DNA of 64,000 bases from the human T2T-CHM13v2.0 reference genome, Homo sapiens: NCBI RefSeq assembly GCF_009914755.1, contig NC_060939.1; one strand, given 5' to 3'. This document shows, one piece after another, positions 1 through 17,538 of the stretch; the first letter of the stretch is position 1, and each line of letters opens with the position of its first letter. Below the pieces are notes generated by a model. The model made no database searches, had not been told where the DNA came from, and saw only the letters and a list, made by a program, of their open reading frames with translations. Both the position numbers and the translations under genes were made by a program.

Positions 1-226
1 GGTGTCAGGCTGCTGTGAGTAGGAAGGGCCCTGAGGAACTAATCCTCATCTCCTCAAAGCCATTGTAAACCCTTCATGGGGCCGAGCCATTCCTGGTCCT
101 CAGTGTTGGCCAAGGGATCCTTCAAGTTCGCTCAGGCTTGATCCCACTGCCTTTCCCTCCTAGGCATGTGCATCTCTACAAGGGGTTGGATGTAAGGTAT
201 GAGTGAAAGAAGGGACATGTGGATGG

Positions 227-337
227 CCCTACCCTAGACCAGTAAAACAGATTCTCTAGGAGGTAGGATGAAGTCCTCATAGGGTTTCCCAGCTCCTCAG
301 ATGATTCCAGTGGGCAACCAGGGTTGAGAGCCATTGC
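227..337. mobile_element. MER5-like hAT DNA transposon fragment
   Basis: Ends cagatgattcc...cagggttgagagccattg, typical of the MER5A/B terminus. Confidence 0.55.
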
Positions 338-419
338 ATTATGCTATGCTACCTGCCTCAATGCTATTTCTAGTTTCTCAGAGTCATCTTCACGTCCCCT
401 TCTTTACTCTTACCTTACA

Positions 420-1526
<1,107 letters not shown>

Positions 1527-2085
1527 TAAAAGAGAAAATATGGCTAAGAAAAAGAAAATAAATCTATGGGCAAAGTTAATGCACATATGAGATATAATTC
1601 CGTATATCTCATATGTTTCACTAAAAGGTTTGAATGCAAATTTGGCTTTTGGCTTTTAGCAACAAAGGTAAAAAGGAAGACAGCACTAATTATAGAATCT
1701 AGTGTCCATAAAAAAAAATAAGCCTGCTACACAAGTGAAACGGAGCAATTCCTAATACTAAGATGTAAGACACATCATCAATTTAATCCTCATTAGAGGA
1801 TACAGTGTGAGAAAGTGAATAATATCCTTGAAATAAATACAGTGAATTTCTCAAAGTTCTTTGATCCTTCGAGACTGTGAAGTCAAGATTGTTGTTTGAG
1901 GGAAGTGCTCTATTTGCTTTTAACAGTATTTAAATATTTACATTAAACCTATATCTAGCTGCCAGATAAAACTATTTTTTTCTAAATTCCTCCGATATCC
2001 AGGTTTTTGTCCAATTCATCAACAAACCCTTCTGAGCATCAGAGAGGATGCCCTATACTATTGCCAAAGGAATTTGGATCCTCTG

Positions 2086-2196
2086 CAGGGTGACCAAACA
2101 TCCTGGTTTTCCTGGGACAGGGGTTACTGGGATGTGAACCTTTCCATGATAAAACCAGGAAAGTTCAGGCACACTGGCATAAGTTGGTCACTGTAC
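2086..2196. mobile_element. MER81 (hAT-Blackjack) MITE
   Basis: cagggtgaccaaacatcctgg...agttggtcactgta terminal inverted repeats. Confidence 0.7.
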
Positions 2197-2410
2197 TATT
2201 TGTTTCTGATTTGTTGCCTTGCTTCTCTTGTGAAACGTTCATGGAGTTAAAGAATGGAATACTTTGAGTCTTTGCAAATGGAGGCATGTAGTGGTAGGTA
2301 TGCTGAGCTCTTATGTTCTTTTTCTGACCCACACATAGATAAATAGAGCAGAATTTGAAATGCAAGATAACATTCTGGAACCCAAGATCAAGCGTTCAAA
2401 AATAAGTGGA

Positions 2411-2959
<549 letters not shown>

Positions 2960-3478
2960 TTACTTTCAGCTATGAACAGGGCAGCTCAGCAGAGGCCTGT
3001 CTTATACCATCTTAAATCCATTCAGAAATGGCAACAGCGGCCACATTAGAGATTTAAACAGGATGGGCTTAGGTTGTCATAGTTAGGTTCCCTGACCACT
3101 GGACCTGTTTCATCATTTAAAGTCTCAGGCTCTTTCCTGCGACTCACAGTGAAGCCTTGGGTTTCAGGAAATTCTTAAAGAGGTGTTCCTATGCCTTTGA
3201 CTCAGTTATATACTTTCTAAAATATAGGGTAGATAAAGAAGGGAAAAAAATGACTGTCTTTTAATTTCCACAAGTCCAGAGATGATGTCGATATTTAATA
3301 AATGGGTCTTCCAGTTTTTCATATGCATAGATATTTTTAAAACCTGAGGTGATATTATTTTATGTTATAACCTGTTCATGTGTATGGTTTCTAAGCATAA
3401 AATATGCACATAGATAGACACATGAAATTAGAAGCACATTGTATACCTAATTAAGGATCCTGCTTTCTATATTTGTAA

Positions 3479-3944
<466 letters not shown>

Positions 3945-4773
3945 TGAGTAAATCTTTGTGCACCTCCCCATTGACTCCTCAGCTAGTTCCTAGAAGCGAG
4001 TAAAGGAAAATGATGCACATATTAAAGACTGTGTTACATATTGACAGACTGTTTTCCAACTCAACCAGTTTATACTCTTGCCCTTAATGAATGAGAAATT
4101 CTTTTTATCTTTATTGATTCAACCTTCCAATTCTTGCTAGAGTTACATATTATCTTAAGAAAATATTTGCCAATTTGATGGGTTAAAAAAGATATTTTAA
4201 TTTGCATTTATTTGATGATTAGTAGTGGGTTAATTTTAAAACGTACTTATTCTTTTATGAATAACCTGTTTACTTTTACCCACTATTTTTTCTAAATAGG
4301 CTATTGATTTTTCTTCATGAGCTCATTATGAATTATGATATTGATTCTTTGTCATTTTATTGCAGGTTTGTTTTTAAATTCAGAATATTTTTGTTCTAAA
4401 TTTGAACTGTTTAATACTAATTTTCCTTTCTGTGCTTCACTTCTCAGTGCACACTTATACTGTTTTAAAGTCAAATTTATCTTCTTTTATGTGATTTTTT
4501 CATTGCATTTATTCATAAAATGTTCCTTTTTGTTTTTATATTAAATATTTACTTATAAGTAAATTTTGGTTATTTTGTGATTTAATTTTTTAATATTTGA
4601 ATTACATTTTTTATAATTTTGAAGTAATTTAAATATAGAAAAAGATGAAGCCTAATTTAGCAAATACCCATTTAATTCTGCTACTGAAATGTAATAGATG
4701 CTATCATCTTGTTGCATTTTCTTCAGATTTTTTAAATGTAAGAAATAAAATATTCTTGAAATCCCCTTTGTAG

Positions 4774-5131
<358 letters not shown>

Positions 5132-5416
5132 TGAAATTTGTGGATGCCCTTCAGGTCTGTGCTTTTTATGCTTGTATTACATTTTACATCCATGAAAACA
5201 ATAGATAGTATTATTTTTGCGTATTTTTTAATAAAAAAAGTATTGCATATATTCTGCAACTTCTCTTTTTTTTAAACTGAAGATTATATTTTTGAAATTT
5301 TTCCATTTGGATACTTAGATTTAGTTTATCTAATTGCTGTGTAATAGTCCAATGAGTGAATATATTCCATCTTTTTACCGTTCCTCTATTGTAACATCTG
5401 GTATTGCCTGATCTTT

Positions 5417-5691
5417 ATTTTATTTTATTTTATTTTATTTTATTTATTTTATTTATTTTATTTTATTTATTTTATTTTATTTTATTTTATTTTATTTATT
5501 TTATTTTATTTATTTTATTTTATTTTATTTTATTTTATTTTATTTATTTTATTTTATTTTATTTTATTTTATTTATTTTATTTTATTTTATTTTATTTTA
5601 TTTATTTTATTTATTTTATTTTATTTTATTTTATTTTATTTTATTTTATTTTATTTTATTTTATTTATTTTATTTTATTTTATTTTATTTA
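5417..5691. repeat. (ATTTT)n with interspersed ATTT units, ~275 bp
   Basis: Directly visible pure A/T tandem array. Confidence 0.98.
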
Positions 5692-5972
5692 TGACAGAGT
5701 CTTGCTCTGTTGCCCAGGCTGGTGTGTAGTGGCACAATCTCGACTCACTGCAACATCTGCCTCCTAGGTTCAAATGATTCTCCTGCTTCAGTCTCCTGAG
5801 TAGCTGGGATTACAGTCACATGCCACGATGCCCAGCTAATTTTTGTGTTTTTAGTAGAGACAGGGTTTTGCCATGTTGGCCAGGCTGGTCTTGAACTCCT
5901 GGCCTCAAGTGATCCCCCTGCCATGGCCTCCCAAAGTTCTGGGGTTACAGGCGTGAGACACTGCTCTTGGCC
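5418..5972 (-). mobile_element. AluS with expanded pentanucleotide tail
   Basis: Alu body 5692-5972. TSD attgcctgatcttta at 5403-5417 and 5973-5987 encloses the repeat. Confidence 0.93.
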
Positions 5973-6059
5973 ATTGCCTGATCTTTAGTCTCAGAGACTT
6001 TGATTCTGTTCTCTTCCAGCTCACCATACAGAGAGTAGTGTAATCTCTCTGAAATATTG

Positions 6060-6400
6060 TTGTAGGTCGCATTTCCTGGGTGTAGTCTCTGAGCTGGAGA
6101 CTAGGAGGAAGGAAATTTATTGGAGAGTACTCCTGAAGCTTACACTGGTGGAAGAGATGGAAAGGAAGCAGGATGGGCAGAGGGAAAAATTGGGCCATGA
6201 TGCAGCCTCAGGAGGTCCCAGCCAACTGCACAGCAGCATCTGAAGCTGGAATATCCCTCTGAAGTTGCCTGGAGATGGGGTGAACATCTAATAGTCACTG
6301 GAGGTGAACTGCCCTAGAAGCGGGTGTGGACTTTGGGCAAAGTGGTTCTCTTCAGCTCTTTCCAGAGAAAGCTGACCAGTGGCTGCATGTCCAGCAGCAG
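6060..6400. mobile_element. Old MLT1-type MaLR LTR fragment
   Basis: tttcctggg...ctctgagctggagac...ggaagcaggatgggcagagggaaaaattggg pattern. Confidence 0.5.
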
Positions 6401-6724
6401 TGGAGGGGGGTGCTCAGTTCTTCAGTCAACCTGAGCAGCACATCTCAGCATCCACTGCGGTTGTCTTGTTACTTCACTGCCTAGAGAATCAGGTGCTTCC
6501 TGCAATTGTTTGGAGGGCTGAGATTTCCAAGGGAAACTGCGCCATGGATGGCCCTCTCCTCTAGCCCTACTGATCCAGGCCTGGGAGTGTTTTGTAGATC
6601 TGCTGCAGATTTTGTCCACTCACAGTTTAGGAGTGCTTTTTCCTTACATGCTCAACCTTATTTGGTCTTATCTGCGCTCTATACTGAAAAAAAAAAAAAA
6701 GGTCTTGAGTAACTGGCATATGGA

Positions 6725-8000
6725 TTAATTGATTAATGAATTCATCTGTACATTCCCAAGTATTTACCTTGTACCTACTGTGCCCAGGCATGGTTCTAAG
6801 GGTTAGTCACAGTAGTCAGAACGTACATTGTAAAGGGAAAGGCAGGCAGAAGCTAACAGATTAATATATAACATAATGATAGATAGGGATATGTTAAATG
6901 AAAACAAAATAAAATCAGTTTACGGGGATAGAGAATGGGGGAGGGAGAGGACATTATTTTAAATAGTGACCTTGATAGGCATTTCTGGCAAGGTGACATT
7001 TGCGCAGAGACTGGAAGGAAATGAAGGAGTGAAAAGTATGAGTATCTGAGAAGAGTGTTCTAGGCAGAAGGCCCAGAATGTGCAAAGGTCCCAAGGCAGG
7101 AGAGAATCTGGAATGTTCAAGGAACATTAGAAAGGCTAAGGTGGCTGGAGTGGAGCGAGTGGGGGAGGTGTAGGAGGAGATTGTTCATAAAGGCAGAGAT
7201 ATGGTTAGGCTTTGTGCCCCCACCCAAATCTCCTGTTGTATTGTAATCCCCATAATCCCCACGTGTCAAGGGAGAGACCAGGTGGCAGTAATTGAATCAT
7301 AGCAGCGGTTTCCCCCATGCTGTTCTCACTATAGTGAGTTCTCACAAGAGCTGATGGTTTTTATAAGGAGCTCTTCCCTGCTTTGCTCAGCACTTCTCCT
7401 TCCTGCCACCTGGTGAAGGAGGTGCCTTGCTTCTCCTTTGCCTTCCGTCATGATAGTAAGTTTCCTGAGGCCTCCCCAACCATGCTGAACTGTGAGTCAA
7501 GTAAACATCTTTTCTTTGTCGATTACCCAGTCTCGGGCAGTTCTTCATAGCCGCGTGAGAACAGACTAATACCGGCAGCCAGAGTGAGATCAGGTAGGGC
7601 CCTGTAGACCATTGTCAGGATTTTTGTCTTTTACTTGCGTTGAATAGGAGCCGTGGTTGAGTGTGAGGATACAAGTGATGTGATCTGACTTAGGTTTTAA
7701 AAGGAGCATCCTAGCAGCCATGTGAAGAATAAAAGCAGGAGGACAAGAATGAGGGCGGGGATCGCAGTAGTCTGAAAAGACGTGGCTGGACTGCATCTAG
7801 GAGGACGCATGAGCTATATAAGAAAGCCCTAGGACTGGACACGTTCCACTAGGGGGTGTACATAGATGGTGGAGAGTTCCCAGGACTGAGTTCTTTGGCT
7901 CCCCAGCATGTAGAGGTCAGGAAGAGGGTGAGGATACGGGAAGAGAGGCCAGCCAGGTGGGAGGAAAACCCGAGATTGGATTGTCGGTGGAAACCACGTG
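6725..8000 (-). mobile_element. L2 fragment split by a THE1 LTR
   Basis: ttcatc...tatttac...cctactgtgcccaggcatggttctaag start; gcaaaggtcccaaggcaggagag; resumes after 7578. Confidence 0.7.
7197..7573 (+). mobile_element. THE1D-like solo LTR (MaLR)
   Basis: gatatggttaggctttgtg...ccatgctgaactgtgagtcaa...acagactaatac; 5-bp TSD ggcag at 7192-7196 and 7574-7578. Confidence 0.88.
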
Positions 8001-9340
8001 AAGACGGCATTCCGAAAGGCAGGGAAGGACCAGGGGGGGTCAGACACTGCAAAGAGCTCACCCTTCCCAATTTACTACTGCTGGTGTGGCATTTCCCAGA
8101 TTACAAGTTTTCAGCCATTTCAATTAGCATTTGGGAGGTAGGGGAATTAAACTCAAGCTCAAATCTAGATCCTGATTGCCATTGTTGAAAGTGATCAAAG
8201 GGAATTGAACGATGTATTTTGAAGAAAGAGGTCACTGTGTGGGGCTTTTTCTCTTTTTTTCAAACCTGTCAAGGACTCTTTTCTGGATGTCAGTTTCAAG
8301 GCGGTTCTCTCACACGGTGATGCCTGCCCTTCCTTCTAGCACCCTGCAACGGGACCTTTACATACTCAGCCTTTTGTTCATCCTGGCTGCGCTTGTCCAC
8401 GGCATAGCGGTTTTCCTCCACTGTAAACTACTTCTGCTGAATAACTTTGTTCTACTCATCTTTACATCCCTCATGGCTTGAAGCCCAGTTTTCCACACTC
8501 AGTGCACTCTCATTATATATGGAATGTAAAATTTACTTTTCCTAAATATAATTTTTTTCCTTTATTAAGGCATCAATCCAGTCTTTGGCAGAGGATACAT
8601 TGGGCTGTATTTATTGGCAATATTATTATCTACTTAAGCAAAGAGAAAAGAAATCAGAGCCATTTAATGAGGTTCAAAGACAAGGAAGTCCCTGGAGTTC
8701 CCTTTGGTCTCTGCCTTTTCAAATTGCAGTTGAAACTATTATTCCGGGTAAAGAGAAACAGAACCCAGGATTCCCTTTGAAGAAGGGAAACCTTGTGCTT
8801 CTTGCCTCTTGAGGACATCTACCAGCCTCTCTCATGCAGAAGGAAGGAGCACCCCTGTGCCCAATCAGATGTTAAGTTCGTCCCCTGCATATTTGGCAGA
8901 GTTTGCTTCTTTTTGTTTGGGAGACATAGCTAGCCTAACTAATCATCAGTCTGGGGCCAAGAGTCAGGCTTCCCCATATCACACACCCCTACAAGCCTGC
9001 TTCCTTGCAAAGAAGTGTGCCCTGAGGTTCAGTTTATTCTGGCTGGCTCACACTCCACAGTGCCCCAGCATGTTAAGAAAGAGAGAGAATAGAGCATCAG
9101 GACATGGGAAAATTATGACATCAGACTCTGGGAAAGTGACCGAAAGCCTCCACAGCCACATAAGTTAGTTCATATTTTTGTAAAGCTTACCACTGCTTTC
9201 ATACCCTCACATTAGTTCACTTGAGCTGCCAAGATCCCAAGTAGATTAGGCAATATCCATTTCCATTTATGACAAAAACTGTCTGCATTCACTTTTGCCT
9301 GCTAGGAGATTGGTATATTTCATACAAAGTGATGGCTTTT

Positions 9341-10470
9341 TTTTTTAACTTTAATTTTAGGTTCGAGGGTACATCTGCAGGTTTGTTATATAGGTAAACT
9401 TGTGTGATGGAAGTTTGTCATACAGATTATTTCATCACCCAGGTATTAAGCCCAATACCCAATAGTTGTCTTTTCTGTTCCTCTCTCTCCTCCCACCTTC
9501 CATCCTCAAGTAGTCCCCAGTGTTTGTTATTCCTTTCTTTATGCTCATGAGTTCTTATCATTTAGCTCCCACTTGTAAGTGAGAACAAATGGTATTTGGG
9601 TTTCTTTTCCTGCATCGGTTTGCTAAGGATAATAGCCTTCGGCTCCATCCATCTTCCCAAATGACATGATCTTATTCTTTTTTATGGCTGTGTAGTATTC
9701 CATGGTGTATATGTATGGCATTTTCTTTATCCTGTCTGTCATTGATGGGCATTTAGTTTGATTCCATGTCTTTGCTAATGTGAATAGTACTGCAATGAAC
9801 ATTCACATGTATGTGTCTTTATGGTAGAATTATTTCTATTCCTCTGGGAATATACCCAGCAATGGTATATATACCATTCAGTCTGTCAGTTGAGGCTAAA
9901 ATCATCTCACGACCCTACTAGGGCTTACACATCTGCTTCCAAGCTCATCTGCGTGATTGGTATATACAGAGAGGAATAGAAATCATTCTACCATAAAGAC
10001 ACATGCACGTGAATGTTCATTGCAGCGCTATTCACACTAGCAAAGACATGGAATCAACCTAAATGTCCATCAATGATTGACAGATCGAATAAAGAAAATG
10101 TGGTACATATATACCATGGAATACCCAGTAATGGTATATACCCAGCGGAATAGGTATATTCTTATACCTGGGGATAAGAGTGGTATCCTATTCTTGGGAT
10201 ACCAAATAGATAACCTGGGTTATCTATTCCTGGAATCCTAGGAATAGGATACAGAAATAGAATAGGATACAGGTAACCTGGGTCGAATGGTAGTTCTGCT
10301 TTTAGCTCTTTGAGGAATTGCCACACTGCTTTCCACAATGGTTGAACTAATTTACATTCTCACCGTGTATGTGTCCCTTTTCTCCACAACCTTGCCAGCA
10401 TCTGTTATTTTTTGACTTTTTAATAATAGCCGTTTTGACTGGTGTGAGATGGTGTCTCATTGCGGTTTTG
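9341..10470 (-). mobile_element. Old primate L1 (L1PA15/16-like) 3' end, interrupted by a complex insertion at ~9866-10277
   Basis: L1 3'UTR and ORF2 end in reverse; colinearity breaks after tatacccagcaatgg and resumes at ctgggtcgaatgg. Confidence 0.9.
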
Positions 10471-10756
10471 TGACTTTTTGTTGAGGAAATACCTTAGTGA
10501 GGTGAGGCTGAGAAAGAAAAAGCCCGCTAGGCATAGCCTAAGTAGCAGGGGTGAGTTGAGAAAGCACGAAATTGTTTGTATTATCTTGGAGAAATCTGGA
10601 AGCCTGGAAATTGGAAACACTTGGCATACACCCTTTTAATAGATGGGGTAGCTGAGCTCAGAGAAGTTAAATAATCTGCCTAAAATATTTTAGAAATTTG
10701 AGTAAGAACATTAGGCCTTGGTCCAAATCTTCTTTCTGCTTTGGGTTGTTCTCTGC

Positions 10757-10993
10757 CCCTTCCTTCCTTCCTTCCTTCGTTCCTTCCTTCCTTCATTCCT
10801 TCATTCCTTCCTTTGTTCCTTTGTTCCTTCCTTCCTTCTTTCTTTTTCTTCCTTTCTTTTCTTTTCTTTTCTTTTTCAAGATGGAGTCTCAATATATTGT
10901 CCAGGCTGGATTCAAACTCCTGGGCTCAAGTGATCCTCCTGCCCCAGCCTCCTGAAGTAGCTGGAACTACAGACATGCACCACCATGCCTGGT
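10757..10993 (-). mobile_element. FLAM-like Alu monomer with (CCTT/CTTT) low-complexity tail
   Basis: Single monomer ~10878-10993 preceded by a pyrimidine repeat. Confidence 0.8.
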
Positions 10994-11416
10994 TTCTGTC
11001 CTGCTTATTTGTTTTACAGGTGGTCACCTTTTGTCTCTTCCTTCCTAGGCTCTGACCACTTCTGTTTGGGCTATGGCCTCACTTTATTGAAGTGCAAAAT
11101 AAACAGAACAATATGGTGGGTTCCTAAATGACAATTTACTAAACTACCGTGAACACCTTATTCTCAAAGGAAGAGCTAGCGCTCATCACGAAAGTGTGGA
11201 ATTGGGGTGAGGGGAGCAAGGGAAGCACTGGATTGGGAAGCAGGAGACTTGAGATCTTACTTGGTCTCTGCCCCATCTCATTGTTTGATCCTGGGCGAGT
11301 CACTTCTCCTCTGTAGATCTCAGTCTCCCTTTGGGGAAGGTGAAGAGGTCAAATGAGTTAATGTCTAATGTCCTGTGAAAAATCTTTCATCATTCCTCCT
11401 AGTATCTGTAGCTCTT

Positions 11417-11530
11417 GGGGTGATCACTCATCCCAGTTTGCTTGAGACTCAGAGGAGTTCTCATGATACAGACTTTCTGTTTTAAAACTGGGACAGTTCC
11501 GGGCAAACTGGGATGAGTTGGACACCCTGG
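11417..11530. mobile_element. MER81 MITE
   Basis: ggggtgatcactcatcccagtttg...gggcaaactgggatgagttggacaccctg. Confidence 0.7.
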
Positions 11531-11562
11531 TGAACCTAATCCTCCCAGAACCATTTGGATGG

Positions 11563-12091
11563 GTGTGGAGCCAGTCTCCAAGAGGATGCCCTATGATCCT
11601 CACTGCCTGCTATTAAAGTAGTCCCACATTGTACCAAGGTTGGTTGGGATGACCAATAGCATATGGCAGAAGCAATGGTATTGGTTATAGTGTCTTCCAT
11701 CTGTCATGAGCTCTGCTGTCTTAGTCAATCTCTCTCTGTCTCTCTGATTACTCACTCTGTGAAAAGCTAGCTGCCATGCTGTGAGCAGCCTTGTGTAGAG
11801 GCCCATGTGGTGAGGAACTGAAGTCTCTGGCCAACAATCAGAAAGGAACTGAGGCTTGCCAATAATCATGCAGATGAGCTTGGAAGCAGATCCGTCAGCC
11901 CCAGGAGAGTCCTGAGATGATTTTGCCATCAATTGAAAGATTGACTTCAATCTCATGAGAACCCTGAGCCTGAACCTCCAGCTAAACCACTTCCAGATTC
12001 CTAGACCTCAGAAACTGAGAGATAATAAATGTTTGCTATTTTAAGCTGCTAAGTTTTAGGGTAGTTTATTAGATAAAATAGATAATGAACA
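11563..12091 (+). mobile_element. MLT1F-like MaLR solo LTR
   Basis: tgtggagccagtctccaag...gaccaatagcatatggcagaag...aagctgctaagtttt...gataatgaaca. Confidence 0.8.
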
Positions 12092-13580
12092 GATAAGTAG
12101 TTATGAGAAAATTCTCAGAAAAAAAACCAAACAGAATTCCAATGCTCTTATATGGACAGGATAGGGACTTATTTCCCTGGCTATAGTCAATGGTTTGGGA
12201 TAAGCATCTGATCTAGCACTGGTCCAATCAGAATGAACTTGGATATACTGGTACACAAATTCTCTTTTCTATTTGGCTTTTGGTGCTAAGTTGTGAGCCA
12301 TAAGAACAGAGCCTGGAACTGTCCAGGATGCGGGGAGGTGTGGAGGTGAGGGGTTAGAGGAGGACAGTGGAGGTGAGCATGTGAAAGCAAAGTGAGCATG
12401 GATTCTAGTCATGTGTGAGTCCCAGGTCAGATTGCACCTGAAGTAGACCCTTGGCCTGTTCAGCTATTTATCCCATCGACTCCCTGTTGTTTTATTTTAA
12501 CAAGTTGAGTTTGATTTTCTGTCCCTAAGGATGTCTGTCTGATTCAGTGAGTATTTCCATTTTATAGGTGAGGAAACTGAAGTTCAGAGCAGTGAAGTAA
12601 CTATCCCAGGGTTATGTAGCAAACAGGTGTCAGAGTCAGAATTGGTTCCAGGCCTTCCTGACAGAGCACCTGCTGTTTTTATGAAGCCATTCTGGCCGAT
12701 GAATTAGCTTCTGAGAACTCTGGTTTCTAGGAGCTTGAAATTCCTGGAAAGATTAAATAGATCAGAATGAAAAAAAACTATGAGGCGGGTAAAGTTCATT
12801 CAAAATGAATCAGTAGCTCCTTTTGGGTTCTGGCTGCCATCCTTGGCAGAGGAAATGACCAGGCCCCAGAGAGCCTGTGCATGAGCATGTTTTCAGTTTT
12901 CAGTGGAGGTCTGAGAGCAGAGCCACAGCATCTGTAGCAGGTTTTAAAAAAAAATTTTTCTGGCATTGGCTCTGGAGCAAGAGGAAAGCAACTTACAAAG
13001 GGTATATGAGTTTCTATAGGCCAGTGTTCTAATATGAGAAAAGTTTATGTCTTGCTTATAAAAGCCCCCTGCAGATGTTTCTGGTGGGACAGCTCTTCTG
13101 GGCCAGCTTCCATATAAGCACTGACTCAGAGGTTCAGGCTTTTTCCAACCTGTAGTTCAGCCACCTTCAACACTTGGCCTCCAAGTTACTATGGAGGGAG
13201 AAACATGAGTATAGAGGAGGCACCTTTATTTCTAACTGCTCTGGACTGAAAGTGATGCATCATGACGGTTCACTTTGCATTGGTGAGAACTTGTCATATG
13301 GGTTCATTTAGATGTGAGTTGGGAGATGCAGCTTAGCCACATGCCCATAAAGAAGGAATGGGCTTGGTGAGCATCCGCCAAGGTTGTGCCGTTTATACCC
13401 AGCAGAGGTGGGTGGCTAGAGCAAAAATCCAGACCTTGTTTCTCTTGCCACGTTGTTTTTCCTGGTAGAGGGTCACATCAATCCATAGGAAAGGAAACCT
13501 GCTTCTTCTCACAAAGGGATAACTTTTGTTTTCCTCATGAGTCAACTTGAAGGATAACTTTAAAAAGTTGGTCCATGCAG

Positions 13581-13617
13581 CAGAGTGAGACTCCGTCTCA
13601 AAAAAAAAAAAAAAAAA
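13581..13617 (+). mobile_element. Extremely 5'-truncated Alu (last 19 nt plus A18)
   Basis: cagagtgagactccgtctc followed by poly-A, flanked by ggtccatgcag and ggtgcatgcag. Confidence 0.8.
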
Positions 13618-14803
13618 GGTGCATGCAGAAGACTATCTTTTTCCAATTTGTATAAGGGAACTATGTAAGTTCACTGTAGCTCTGGGTATCCTCAACCCAC
13701 AGATCTGGCAGGCAGCTTGCAGCCCATCTTCAGAGGAGGGCCAAGTGTCCATTCAGACTCGGGTATTTCCACACTAGCTGTCTTTGAGTTCCATCAAGTA
13801 GATAGAGAACTTCTGATCCAAGGGATTTTATAGAGATTACAACCCTTTTCAAGCTTTATAGAATGTCTGAACTAGGATTGGTTTTAGAGATTACGTCCTT
13901 CTCCTTCCTAATTTTGCAATTGAAGAAACAGTGCACATCATGTGTTTGCTGTTATTGTTGTTATTGCTGTTATTATTACTGCTTCCATATGAGAAGCATA
14001 TGCGGGTCAAGTCTCAGATCTGTATTCTAAGGGCAAATCGAGAGGCCCATTTTTCTCTGTCCCTACTATTTTGGTACCCAGTGGATTATGAGATAGAAAT
14101 CTTGGTGCTGCCGATACAAGCGCATCTTCAGAGTACTCCCGATGTCTACCTGAATCTGAGGATTACTATCTTTTATCGGTTCTGAAAAATTCTTAGATAT
14201 TATATTTTTGTATACTTCCTATCCTCATTCTCTCTTTCCGTAGAGTAGCTGCTCTTTCTGGAACCCCAGTTACATATATGTTAGACCTTTTCACTCTCTC
14301 TTCCATGGCTGCCAACCTGTCTTTCATATTTTCATATCTTCTATTTCTGTATATTTGTATGTACTTTTCTGCATAATTTCTGCCTTCTGTCTTCTAATTG
14401 ACCCATTTATTTTTCTTCAGCTGTGTCTATTCTGCTGCTCAAACTATAGATGAATTTAAAACCTTAATTCACCCTTTTTTTACTTCATTTTTTTTTCTTT
14501 TCTTCATAACTACTTACTCCTTGTTTATAATCTCTTGGTTCATTTATCATATTTTGGCATCCACTTTTATTTATCAAACACATTTGCTTTATGTTATGTA
14601 AATGATGGATCTGATTCTGCTATTGGTGATTTCTGCTGCCTTTTACTCATGATGGCACATTTCTAGCGTGTTTTATGATTTATCATTGGGAAAATCTTGG
14701 GGCCTTAGCCACAGAACAGTTTTGAAGCTTGGTTCTAACACATGTTCATCAAGAGACAACATGAATTTCCTTTTACCAGATGTATAAGAGCACTACTAAC
14801 TTT

Positions 14804-15090
14804 TGGCCCAGCGTGGTGGCTCATGCCTGTAATCCCAGCACTTTGGGAGGCCGAGGAGGGCAGAGATCACTTGAGGCCAGGAGCTGGTGTGCAGCCTGGC
14901 CAACATGGTGAAACCTCATTTCTACTAAAAGTACAGAAATTAGCTGGGTGTGATGGCACACATCTATAGTCCCAGCTTCTCGGGAGGCTGAGGCAGGAGA
15001 ATCACTTGAACCCAGGAGGCAGAGGTTGGTCCACAGCACTCCATTCTGGGTGGCAGAGTGAGACTCTGTCTCAAAAAAAGAAAAAAAAAA
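14804..15090 (+). mobile_element. AluS
   Basis: Dimer with poly-A; TSD agcactactaa.tttt on both sides. Confidence 0.9.
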
Positions 15091-15135
15091 AGCACTACTA
15101 ATTTTTAAAGAATCACTTTAAATGTTTAAACATTA

Positions 15136-17098
<1,963 letters not shown>

Positions 17099-17198
17099 AC
17101 TACCTATTGGGTACTATGCTCACTACCTGGGCCCAACATACCCATTTAACAATCCTACACATGTGCCCCTGTATCTAAAATAAAAGTTGAAATTTAAA
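17099..17198 (+). mobile_element. Older L1 (L1PB-like) 3' terminal fragment, probable 3' transduction
   Basis: actacctattgggtactatgctcactacctggg...cacatgtgcccctgtatctaaaataaaagtt followed by a second poly-A, inside the TSD. Confidence 0.75.
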
Positions 17199-17231
17199 AA
17201 AAAAAAATCACTTTAAATGTTTGATTTAGGG

Positions 17232-17538
<307 letters not shown>

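Noticed and set aside
5404-5694. Hydrophobic FILFY-repeat ORF
   Set aside because: Translation of the (ATTTT)n microsatellite.
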